From Lytechinus pictus (Eukaryota), in NCBI RefSeq assembly GCF_037042905.1, contig NC_087250.1, positions 13,890,001-13,954,000 of the forward strand: a stretch of 64,000 bases of DNA, written 5' to 3'. This document shows positions 1 to 12,300 of the stretch, piece after piece (position 1 is the stretch's first letter; each line of letters opens with the position of its first letter). The notes beneath the pieces were generated by a model. The model saw only the letters and a program-made list of their open reading frames with translations, was not told where the DNA came from and did not search any database. A program made the translations under genes and the position numbers.

Positions 1-400
1 ACTTCAGGTTTATTAGTGTTAAAGAAAACAAATATTGATTTTCACTAACAGATTTGCTCTGAGCCAATCGGATGCGAGGATTTCCGTAGCTTATAACAAA
101 TAGTCAGTGAAAACAACTGCTGAATGAATCACTGCCTCATTATGTACTTCAGGTTTAGTGTGTTATGAATTAAATAGTGATTTTCACTAACAAATTTGCT
201 CTGAGCCAATCAGATGCGAGGATTTCCGTAGCTTACAACAATAGTCAGTGAGAACACAACTGCTGAATGAATCATTGCCTCATTATGTACTTCAGGTTTA
301 AGTGTTTTAAGAAAACAAATTTTGATTTTCACTAACAGATTTGCTCTGAGCCAATCAGATGCGAGGATTTCAGTAGCTTATAACAACAGTGAAAATCACT
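1..400. repeat. About 3 tandem copies of a ~145-bp unit
   Basis: acttcaggttta...gctctgagccaatc.gatgcgaggattt recurs at about 1, 146 and 289. Confidence 0.85.
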
Positions 401-785
401 GACCATTGCTTCATGAAAGCTCCTGTGCTGCTCTTGAAATCAGTATGAACACAGCCATACTGGTTGGGAAGTACGTAATGATAGTAGGAGAAGCAATAAA
501 TTTCTATGCCAACTTTGATTAGAGCTCATGTGTATATATTGACTTTATGCTCCAGTCATCAAATCCACCATCTCGTTTGCTGTGCGAAACCCTTCACTCA
601 TGGAAAGTGGTCTGAATATTCTATATGCAGCCTTATAAGTATTATGTATGTGTCAATGACTTGTTAACACCACAGGTGGTAGAAGGTAGTCTGCAGGCAT
701 AGACCTTTGTGTTTCGCAATTCACGTAGTGCATGATGCAGAGTCTGAATTAGTGAGACTACATGTAGATTTACTGTGGCTGCTCT

Positions 786-2955
786 TATTGGCTCTGGACA
801 GCGACAATTGTTCCTGCTTTATTTCATCTGAAGTATAGGGTTAGGATTACGGTTGAAATAAGGTTTATATCAGGTTTAGGACAGGGTATAGTGTTAAAAT
901 CCAGGGTTGAAGTTGGTCATTCCAGTGTGTTGGATTTACTGCGGAGCAATTGTTATGGAACCAGTCTTGAGTCTAGTCTTCACTCCAGGCATGGTATAAT
1001 TGGTCAGAGTGTCAAATATGAGTATGTGTTTTCAGACCAGGTTGAAGCCTTGAAGGTCCCTCCTGAAATTGTAACATCAAGTAGTATTCGTGCTTCATGT
1101 AGTTCTGTGTCAAGCTCAAGACCCACTTGTTGATCAAAATTTGAATTTCAATCAAGGTCTGTGCCTGTAGACTACATGCAGATTGGCGATGTCTCTGTCA
1201 CATTAGTCTGCAGGCACAGACCCTGCTTGAAACTTTGATCAGCAAGTGTGTCTCCACGCAAAAACTAGCACTATACAAAACTTGTGCGAGAGGGCCTTCA
1301 GTACACAAGGCATGAGTAGGCTGCACAGTCAGAATAAGCCAGTTAGAAGTTCCACTCTACGCATGATCAGAAGATTCTGCGCATGATCAGAGGAAGGTCA
1401 TTTGTACTAAAGTGACATGGTGGTTTTAATTCTAATGAGATAAGCACCAACTTTGATGTCTTGATTATTTATATATTCTTTTGAATTGTGGTTTTCATTT
1501 ACATCCACAAAAAACAACAATGCGTCCACGAACAGAACGGCTGGTATCACAGTTTGCCAAGTACATTGTACAACATCATCTAATATGCATTCAAAGTAGA
1601 AATGCAACAAATACCTTCATAGAGTGTTCATTGATGTGCTGTTCTAGTCACCTGGTCTATTCAATTTCTTCATCCTGCCATGTAAGGCAAGCTTACGTAA
1701 TATCTTGCTTTGAAATCTGCCTATCATAATGAAAGAAATGAAAGGTCATTTGACCAAAATTGTCCATGAAGTAACTACGACCTGGGGAGTGTTTCATCAA
1801 CATTTTTGTCCGACAATCTGTCAGATCTGACAACTTTCCTTGATTTTGATTGGCTGAGAAGCACTGTTGCTAGAGTAACTGTCGGATAAAACAGGACTTG
1901 TCGGACAAATCACTTTCATGAAACGCTCCCCTGGTCTATTGGCTCTGAACAGCGACAATCGTTCCTGCTTTATTTCATCTGAATTATAGGGTTACGATTA
2001 CGGTTGGAATAGGGTTTATACTAGGTTTAGGTTTACATTAGGTTGAGGACAGGGTATAGTGTTAAAATCCAGGGTTGAAGTTGGTCATTCCAGTGTGTTG
2101 AATTTACTGCTGAGCAATTGTTATGGAACCAGTCTTGAGTCTAGTCTTCACTCCAGGCATGGTATAATTGGTCAGAGTGTCAAATATGAGTATGTGTTTT
2201 CAGACCAGGTTGAAGCCTTGAAGGTCCCTCCTGAAATTGTAACATCAAGTGGTATTCGTGCTACATGTAGTTCTATGTCAAGCTCAAGACTCACTTGTTG
2301 ATCAAAATTTGAATTTCAATCAAGGTCTGTGCCTGTAGACTACATGCAGATTGGCTATGCCTCTGACACACTAGTCTGCAGGCACAGGCCCTGGTTGAAA
2401 CTTTGATCAGCAACTGTGTCTCCACGCAAAGGCTAGCACGTATACAAAACTTGTGAGAGAGGGCCTTCAGTACACAAGGCATGAGTAGGCTGCACAGTCA
2501 GAATAAGCCAGTTCGTAGTTCCACTCTACGCATGATCAGAAGATTCTGCGCATGATCAGAGGAAGGTCATTTGTACTATAGTGACATGGTGGTTTAAATT
2601 CTAATGAGATAAACACCAACTTTGATGTCTTGATTATTCATATATTCTTTTGAATTGTGCTTTCATGTCCATCCACTAAAAACAACAATGCGTCCATGAA
2701 CGACTGGTATTTCACAGTTTACCAAGTACATTATACAACCTGCTATAATATGCATTCAAGGTAGAAATGCAACAAATACCTTCATAAAGTGTTCATTGGT
2801 GTGCTATTCTAGTCACCTGGTCTATTCAATTTCTTCATCCTGCTATGTAGGGCAAGCTTACGTAATATCTTGCTTTGAAATCTGCCTATCATAATGAAAG
2901 AAATGAAAGGTCATTTGACTAAAATTGTCCATGAGTAACTACGAACTGGTATATT
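786..2955. repeat. Tandem duplication of ~1.0 kb; a small MITE (~1786-1931) lies at the end of copy 1
   Basis: 786-1785 matches 1937-2950 nearly base for base; twin 80-aa ORFs at 891 and 2059. Confidence 0.92.
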
Positions 2956-2981
2956 GTCCAATGTCAAGCAAACCTACATCT

Positions 2982-3271
2982 GGGCCCTGTCTTACAAAGA
3001 GTTGCGATTGATCCAATCATTCGCAATTTTTGAAACTTGGAAAGCCAGCAAAGTCAACATATGAAATGCATGTTTGTTCAAAAAAATTTATAGATATGAA
3101 TGCAAAACTATATTAAAGTTCATTGATTTCTGGACAATTTGGGGTGTTCTCCTTTGTTTTAATACAAAGGACATTTTGCAAATTTCCTGGAGAAAAAAAT
3201 TATGACACTGATGGATTTCCATAGAGTTACGATGGATTGGATCAATCACATGTCTTTGTAGGATGGGGCCC
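2982..3271. mobile_element. Harbinger-like MITE family A (~280 bp); other copies at 9662-10194 (two), 24463-24725, 25946-26220, 27028-27298, 35732-35999, 36002-36462
   Basis: TIR ggcccYgtcttacaaagagttRcgattgatcc; 3-bp TSD (CAT) shown at 25946-26220. Confidence 0.85.
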
Positions 3272-4531
3272 AAATACATGTAGCAGAATTATGTGTTTAA
3301 AAGATAACAACATTTTCTACTGCATGTGTTACAGGGTTATCTTTCCCCTTTAAAAATGCAATCTGCGAAAACAGAAATTGCCACCTTTAACAAACTATCA
3401 AATGAAGATTTGTACATTTTTGTTCTAAATGCTTATCCATCCGGAATTCTTATTCAGGTTTATCATTTATTCTTCTAACTTCACAATATTTGTAGTGAAT
3501 GAAAACAATGTACCAATGATGGTAAAAGTTAAGTGTTGTATTATAAACATTTGGCCATATTCATTAATCATGCAGAGTTGGAGACTTATCTATAAACCAA
3601 AAAATACAAATTTATTCACCTTCATTGATGAAAAGTCTGAGAAAGGCTTAAACTGAATGTAAAACTTGAAAGGGCAACAATTATAGCTACATTTTGTATA
3701 TCCGGTCTGTCTGTGTTAATGGTAAAAGTATCTAGTTGCAGCAAACAATTATTTCACAAGAAAGTCTGAAATCAAGGTTAATTGTCATTCTATTATCATA
3801 GTTCTAGATCTGGTAGAACATAAACTTATCTTTGTGAAATCATGAAAGCTTAGCTGAAAACTGACAACACTTATAAAATGCAGAAAAGCATATGTGGGAC
3901 AGTGTATTAATATTGCTTGGAAAAATACCCAACATTTGATGGAATTTATTTTGCTCATTTCTCAGCAATTGCACATTTTCTTCCAGAGCCATTTGGCACA
4001 TTTTTTTATATTTACATAGACATAGTATACACTTGGGCGGTCAATGGTCATTTCATTGGATTCTGATCGAACTCATTTTGAGATCGTTTCACCACGACTC
4101 GTAAATTTCTCTTTAATGGCACTAATGACCACTTCAAAAGGGTCATTCAAGTCATTAATGGATCAAAGTCTTTGTTTTTACCCCTTAGGCACACAGTAAA
4201 ATAATACTGTACTATAGACTGTGAAATTTCTATTTATATCACAAGTTAATGTTTTTACTCAAGTCACACCATCGTTACTCACGTTACAAGTTTGGGGCCT
4301 CATTTATTGTAATACCATGACATGTATACTGCTCCTACTTTTTTTCTTATCAGGTACAAAGACTATGAAGAGAATTTCCATTAATAACAGATTTTGAATG
4401 GAATATAAAAAAAATCAAACTTTTTCAGTTTTTTTTTGTTACTTGCCCCATGACACCCATCTCATGGAATTGCCCCGGAACATGTACATGTAGGGATGAT
4501 TGGGGTAATTGATGCCATGGGGTAAATGATA

Positions 4532-4912
4532 CCCCTTTCATAAACCCAATTATGCGGATAATATCCGCATAATTTGGTTGTAAAATCGGAGCGGGACCAG
4601 AGTTATCCGCATTATTTCGATGCTGCAATTATCCGCATAATAGCGGCATCGGAACCAGATTTTGACTTTATGAACGCATTTCCAAAGTAATGTGGATAAT
4701 TGCCATGGATGCGGTCACAAAGGTCACCCTTTTCCAACACAACCCCATCGGAGGGGGCGTGTGCAGTTGCCATGATAATTATCCGCCTTTTTCAGGTTGG
4801 GCGCTCATAAAAAAATAGTGCGGATTATTTTTGGAGTTTGTGAATGCAATTTCTATTGAATTATCCGCATTACTCTTAGGCGGATAATTGGAGGATGGGT
4901 TTGTGAAAGGGG
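4532..4912. mobile_element. MITE flanked by TA
   Basis: ta|cccctttcataaaccca ... tgggtttgtgaaagggg|ta; internal atccgcat repeats. Confidence 0.75.
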
Positions 4913-7900
4913 TATAAGGCCCCCAGTTTATAGTTTTTACGACTTGCCGTAGGGCCGCCATAGAGAAAATGTGACCGAGGTATAACTGTATGGTTGCATC
5001 TCTTAAAAGTAAAATGTATGGACATCTCCACACTTGCTTACATGTATGTATGTACACTGAAAGTGTCTATTTCCATTAGAACACATAGAAACATATAACT
5101 GTAACAGTTGAAAACACAATCCGACAATCATTTTTTTTTCATTTCATTTATTGGTTTTTGCAACATTTTTCATAACAAAATCGTGGACAAGAAAATACAT
5201 ATCTGAAATTTGACATCAAGATAATGAACAATAGTTTTGTATATCATCAAATATATCATACATAAATGAAAATCATTAAGTGGTATTTTCTGTTACACAA
5301 TAAATAGGATGGTTGCAAGGGTTGTCACAAAAGCGAAGCTTGAAAAAACGTAACAGCCCGGGAAAATAGCCAAAATAATTACAATCATGATATTGTATAT
5401 GATTAAATAAATCCTCAAAAAGGGGCCTTTGAGAAAATAGTTGAATATAAATCTTGTGATTGTTACCAGTAATGTTCAGTGATTGTATCACACCAATGGA
5501 ACTATTATTACTTTGAATATAGCTACACAAAATAGTTTTTAATCAAGGGGCCTCATTTGACCCACTTTAATGGGGCAAATAAGGCCACCTTGCAACAATA
5601 TTCTATACTCATTAATATGCAAATGACAGTGATTAGATCTCATATTTCTATTGGATAATATAGGTATACTGTAGACCTTGTATTAGACATCTATCTTATG
5701 TTTCTACTGCTATGTATTAAAAAGATATGATTAGAATTATTGTCCCCATGGCAACTCTTTGCCTGGTGTTTAAAATGACTGATGATTCACATGGAAAATG
5801 TCTGTGGTTTGCAGCGCAATTTGCTCCACAAGTTTTAATGACTGCGAGTCTGCAACATAACATTTCTTTTGTATATGCATTTTTACATAGCACTATATAG
5901 CGTATACATGTACGTGTAGTTGAATGTCTATTTTCTCATTTATGATACCAGTTGTGGTATCGATCTCAAAGTGAGTTTGAACAGAATTTAATGAAATTAC
6001 CACCCAAGTGTTTGTGTTTATGAATAAATATGCGCCAAATGGCTCTGGAAGAGAATGCGTAATTGCTGAGAAATGAGCAAAATAAGCACGGCATTCTATC
6101 AAGTGTCAGCTATTTTTCGAACCAATATTAATACACTGTCCCACATATGCATTTTTGTGTGAGTGATCATCAGAATGATTGATTTTGAGCTAAGATTTCA
6201 CGATCTTACAAAGATAAGTTTACATTAACCAGATCTAGATGTACATGAATGGTAAGAAACCTTGATTTAAAAGACTCTCATGAAATAATTGTTTGCTGCA
6301 ACTAGGCCTACATGAATGTCCTGTCTTTTACCTTCAACCAGAAATGCTTTCCTTTAATATTCATCATAGGAAAAGGGAGCTTTCCTGGCAACTAAATACA
6401 CCTAGGGCATTCTGACTTATATGCATGGAATATTCATCAGATATCATCTGTCTTTGTCTGCTTGGAATCCCACTAGTGTTTCATCAAATTGAACACATAG
6501 GGAAATCCCCTGTCATGTAGTTATCTATGGAATGCCATAATGGGGCTGGGATGATCACCCTTCATCTTTTGAATGATTGTTTAATATATCAAACATGTTT
6601 GTATTTCATTGCTGCATATCTTCATATCATTACATTCGTTCTGAGATTGGCTCATGATGAATTTTTTTGAAGTTTCTGCATACCCTCTTAAAATAATGAT
6701 ACTTATTTATAACATGACATTTATGAAAGAGTTCTTGTATAGTAAACACTTAATACATACATGTAGTATTAGGAGTGGGTTATGTATGGGCAATTTTTCA
6801 CTTTGCTTTAAATAGGGAACAGTTTTTATTTGCATGTATTCTGTTGACTTGAAATCCCACTAGTATTTCAATTGTCAACAAATGAACACATTTATAGGGA
6901 AATTCCCTATCATGTAGAACTACTCTACATGTATCTAGGGGTTGGGATGATAACCTCTCACGTTTGGTTTGATTGATTTCTCAAACATGTCTGTATCTTA
7001 TTGATGAATTTCTACACTTGAAGTATACACTCGTTCTGAGTTACATGTAGCTGAAAACGTTCTGGTTTTTAAAATATTTATTAAGAAGGCACATTTCCAA
7101 TTTTAACCACTGATGAAAATCATGGGACTACATGTATAAACTATGCATTGTTCTCAAACATGTTCATGTATTGATGAAGTTCTTCACTCAGTTCAAAATT
7201 GATGTTGACCCCAAAAATTGACTGATATGACAGTTCGGATGATTGCTGAAGAAATGTCTTCATATCTTCATTAGAAAGTTGATCTAAAGTACATTATGAA
7301 ATGTTCAGCAGCTAATCTAGTATTATTGATACTGAGTATTATATATTTGGATGATTGCTGAAGAAATGTCTTCATATCTTCATTAGACAGTTGATCTAAA
7401 AGTATATTATGAAACAGCAGCTAATCTAGTATCATTAATACTGAGTATTACAAAAATATTCATATCTTCTACATGTACATGTACATGTTCGCTTTGGGAG
7501 GGGATGTCAGGTACATATATGGGTGGGGGAACGATCCCTTTCTTAAAACTTACTCCACGTCAGGGTGAACTTAATAATTAGGGCTGTGGCTCTCATTAGC
7601 AGCTATCTTGGGTAGGAACCAAAGTATCTGTGATTTTGATTCAGTCATCACATCCTGCAAAATACTGCATATCAAGTTTGAAGGAAAAGGAGAAACAAAA
7701 AAAATTCAGGGTCATAAAAATGAAGAGCGCCCCCCCCCCCAAAAGCAAAGGTCTTGTGCATGACTGATCAATAAATTGCTATTTGAAGAAAGCATAATGT
7801 TTGATTATGACAGACGACAGATTGACAGTTGACAGTTATATTGAAAATTGCCCCTTTTTAGTGCTGCCGATATTCCGTATATATATATGTTGCATGTATC

Positions 7901-8099
7901 TTGAACTTTTATACCAAGAAAGCAAGAATATAGAATCAATTTGAAAGAATTGGCCATGAGAAATGAGTGCAAACAGCACCTCCTTATCTTGTAGAGAGTA
8001 TGTGTAGCCACTATGGAATAATGTGAAATCGAATCATATTCTTGAGTGGTTTGCAACAAATAGCATCGTGTTTAATTTCCAGATTGAAAAGGTCACAAC

Positions 8100-8390
8100 T
8101 GAGAAGGGATGTTCACACTATACCTCAACCATGAATTATATACTCTGAAAAGAAAGTTTGAACATATATGTACAATAAGAAAAGCATGTTTACACTATAC
8201 CTAAACAATGAATTATATAATCGGAATAGAAAGTTTGAACATACACTGAGAGGGATGTTCACTTCTTGCCTAAACCATATATTATATACTCGGAAAAGAA
8301 AGTTTGAACATACACTGAAAAGAGATGTTCACACTATACCTACAAGTAAACCATGAATTATATACTGGAAAAGAAAGTTTGAACATACAT
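8100..8390. repeat. Degenerate ~60-70 bp tandem repeat
   Basis: gatgttcacacta...gaaagtttgaacata repeated about 4 times. Confidence 0.75.
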
Positions 8391-9264
8391 GTATTAGTGA
8401 GTACACCCCATGCAAAAGTTGTTCCACAATGCTGGTTTTGAATTAAACCTTCACAGAAAATGTAAAATGGACATTGTGTATTAATTCAAAAGAGGCACAA
8501 ACTAGTTACTCACACTTTAGGCTAATTATCCTATTAATTGCTGATTTATGAGAAAATGGTAGCAACAAAAGTGAGTACACTCTATTACTTTGAAATACAT
8601 GTATGATCATATTAGTACTTGTTATGGCAATATTTCAAGCACTTATTCCCAGAACGTTTTCCTTGTGAGGAGCCAACTCACTTTGCATCCTGGAATTCTT
8701 TGAATATCATTTCACCCCTCTATGATGGACATGTTTAATATAGTAGGCCATCTTGTCCTCCATTCCTGCATGACTTCATAATGATAGGTGTGCTTGAGAT
8801 GTGTTAAGGCCACCGCACTTGTTACGACTGGTTCACTGTCCGATTTGGGAACAAATCACATTTTTCTTTATTTCTGAAAATGTGAATGAAAAGTATCTAT
8901 TTGAGGTTCAAATTAACTGTAAAGAATATTGTGTCAAATTTAAAGAGGCACTGAAAACCAGTTATTCACACGTATGCTATTATCAAAATCGCTCATGTGA
9001 GGAAATCGTAGCAACAAAATTTGGATGATCGCAACTCTTTGGGCGAGATGAATACGGCCACCCCCATTCACGGGGACAAAACCAGATTTAAAACATGGGA
9101 TAAGTAGTTATCACTCATGCATATAAAAAGCAAATTTGATAGTGGGCGCAGAAGTTGCTTTGCAAATTATCCAACTCTCCCTGTATTGACTCTAGACATT
9201 AGTTTCTTGATGTGGATGTTGAAATCAAAGTTGACAATTTTTTGTCATTTTTTTTCTTGTTCAG

Positions 9265-9389
9265 GAAATGACACAACCTAGGATGTACCAGGAGCCAGAG
9301 GAAGCCAGACCTACATTATCAAGCAGCGAATTCTTAGAATTATTCAAAGAGATGTCAACAAGACCTGAAATCTATTTCCTACTTGTCAG
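9265..9389 (+). CDS. PLCL2: PLCL exon (EF-hand): [41 protein letters not shown](R)
   Basis: ttcag acceptor, gtgagt donor; [10 protein letters not shown] motif typical of PLCL. Confidence 0.92.
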
Positions 9390-12300
9390 GTGAGTTTTAG
9401 GAGAGGAGAAGGAGATAGATAGAGAGAGAGATGGAGAGATAGGAGAAATGGAGGAAGAGGGTGGGAGGGAGTTGCGGGAGGATGAAAAATACTTAATATA
9501 ATAATATTAATATAGGTATATTTACCCAGGGAAGCCACTTCAGTTCTGAAAACTGTTCTCCCAGTGGGCCCTGCTATTATTATTACCCCGGCTTTAGCTG
9601 GGCTGCCTAGGCGCTCAAAGCATTCATTCTTGGAATTATTCAAAGAATGTAAAAAAGACCTGGGCCCCGTCTTACAAGGAGTTACGATTGATCCAATCAA
9701 TTGTAATTCTATGGTAATCCATCAGTGTCATAATTTTTTCTACAGGAAATTTGCAAAATGTCCTTTGTAAACAAAGGAGAACACACCAAATTGTCAAGAA
9801 ATCAATGAATTTATGGATATACATTCGTATCTAGAACAAATTTTGAACAAACATACATTTTATATGTTTACTTTGCTGGCTTTCCATAGTTGCGATTGAT
9901 TGGATCAATCACAAATCTTTGCCCCTGGACCCTGTCTCACAAAGAGTTGCGATTGATCAGATAAACTATAACTATGGAAAGCCAGCAATGTCATCCTAAA
10001 AACTGCAAGTTTGTTTCAAATATTTTCTAGATATGATATTCATACATTCACTATTTTCTTGAAAATTCAGTGTGCTTCTCTTTGCTTTATACAAAGGACA
10101 TTGTGCAAATTTCCTGTAGAAAATATGATGACATCGATTGATTTCCGTACAGTTAAGATCGACCGGATCAGTTGTAATTCCTTGTAAGACGGGCCTGAAA
10201 TCTTTTTTCTTATTGCCGGGTAAGTTGATGTGTTGGAGAGTGTTTCAAAAAGTAACTAGTTGTTTTCACTGACTTATTTTTTTTCTCAGCCAATCAGATC
10301 CAAGGATTTGATGTAGCACATAACTGTTTTGGCCCAATGGATAGGTCTTCGCACTTTGAACCACAAGACCCGGGCTTCAAATCCCACCGCAGCACTTGCG
10401 TCCTTTGGCAAGGTGTAGTAAATGGGTACCCGGTAGGAAGGAATTCCTTGAATGTTGAGTGTCCGATCAGGGTAGATGTGCTAAAGCCGGAGTTATAGTA
10501 TGCAGTGCTTAATAGAAACATTTATATTAAGCATTATGTTGATGTTTCATATTATCATTATTATTAGTAGTAGTAGTAAACAGTCATTAAAATATGCTGA
10601 TTTATGCACTTAATTTTTTAAATAACAGGTGACGTTTCTGCGTCATATCTCAACCCATTCAGAATTAATGCTAGTATGGGATTTTGAGGCATGTTTAACT
10701 AGGGGATTAAATCACTTTAAACTTTTCTATAGAAATACATGTAGTTTCATTGATCCATTTGATCTATTTGTTAACAGGTACTCGAGTAGTGAATTTATGA
10801 CATTGGACGATCTCATGATATTCTTAGAAGCAGAACAAGGGGTAAGTTTGATGTAGCCAGAAGTCAGGTTGATGATTATGATGAAAGTCATGATGATGTT
10901 AGTTGTGATGACGATGATGATGATGGTGATGAGGATGATGATGATGATGATGGTGGTGATGATGATGATGATGGTGATCATGATAATGATGGTGATGATG
11001 ATGATGGTGTTGATTATGATGGTGATGATGATGAATGATGATGAATGATGATGATGTTGATGATAAAAGGGGAAGTTTTTCCTGAAGTTCGCCCTGACAA
11101 AAAGTAAATTGTAAAAATAGCAGAAAAATAATAAAAAATATTCCAGAAAGTTTGAGAAAAATCCATCAAAGAATAAAAAAGTTGTTAGAAATTGAAGTAT
11201 TTGATTTGTGACGTCATATGCGAGCGTATTCCTACATAGCGAATGATAAAACATCAATGAAATGTCATTTTCTGAGAAAATTGAAAATGGATTTTTCTTG
11301 GTACCTTTCGTATATCAATAGACAAATCATTTCACACCCGATCATGAATAAAAAACAAAAATAAGTCATCAGGAACCATTAATAAAATGAAATTTATGCA
11401 TTTTATATTACATAACATATGGGCAGCTGCTCGTTTATGACATCACAAATCCAAAACTTTAAATTCTAATTTCTTAATCTTTAACGGATTTTCCTCAAAC
11501 CCTTACCAATAATTTTTCTTATTTCTTCTGCTATTTTTACAAACTATTTTTCAGGGTCACCTTCCCCTTTGATTCACTGTTCTTTGATAGGGACACTTGT
11601 CTTCCAAACGAACTGTAAAAGCCAATTCAACCGACGGGCATTTATTCCCTGTACCTTCAAATCAGATTGAAGATTGAATTCAAACCTATTTCTCTGTCCA
11701 CCATTCAGCTTGGATGGTTTGCATGTTATTCAGCTGAAAGTCTCATCTTACATGCAGCTGGTAGTCGGGCTAGAGACCCAGTCACACGGATGAAACTGGT
11801 CCCATACCGACCAAAGCTAAAGCATTATATCCAATGACATACCATTGGTCGGTTTGGAGTCGGTGTTATCCGTGTGACTGGGGCACAAGGCTGACTGTAG
11901 CATAATATATCAAGTTATGAACCCAGTGAATCAGAATGATTTATTTCACAGTACATGTATAATGCATTTCTAATGAATCACAAATGAGATTTGTGATGAT
12001 AGTGTTATGATAGAGTAAATAAATATGTGGCAAATCTCACAGTATAGTGTAATTCTGTTCATCGCATGGGGTGTGCAGACCTGCCAACCAGTACGTTATA
12101 GCCGTATTTAGTACGTTTTTGCAACCAAAATACGGCAGTACGTTTTTTCTTTGAAAAATCCTTTTTTTGTATAAAAAACGTACACCAATATGGTTATTAG
12201 ATCAATGTAATTTCAGGTACAGTTACTTGTTTTTTTTTTCAATCATTTTGTTAAAACTAGGGTGAAGATATACACATGTTTTAATGTTTTTTTTTTCATC

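Noticed and set aside
891..2301. Twin 80-aa ORFs as duplicated small genes or upstream PLCL exons
   Set aside because: Non-ATG starts and no PH/EF-hand similarity; explained by the 1-kb duplication.
8070..8100. Possible upstream PLCL exon (ttccag|attgaaaag)
   Set aside because: Runs into a tandem repeat; no convincing donor or family motif.
10727..11257. 176-aa minus-strand ORF
   Set aside because: Produced by the (GAT)n microsatellite and a MITE; antisense to a real exon.
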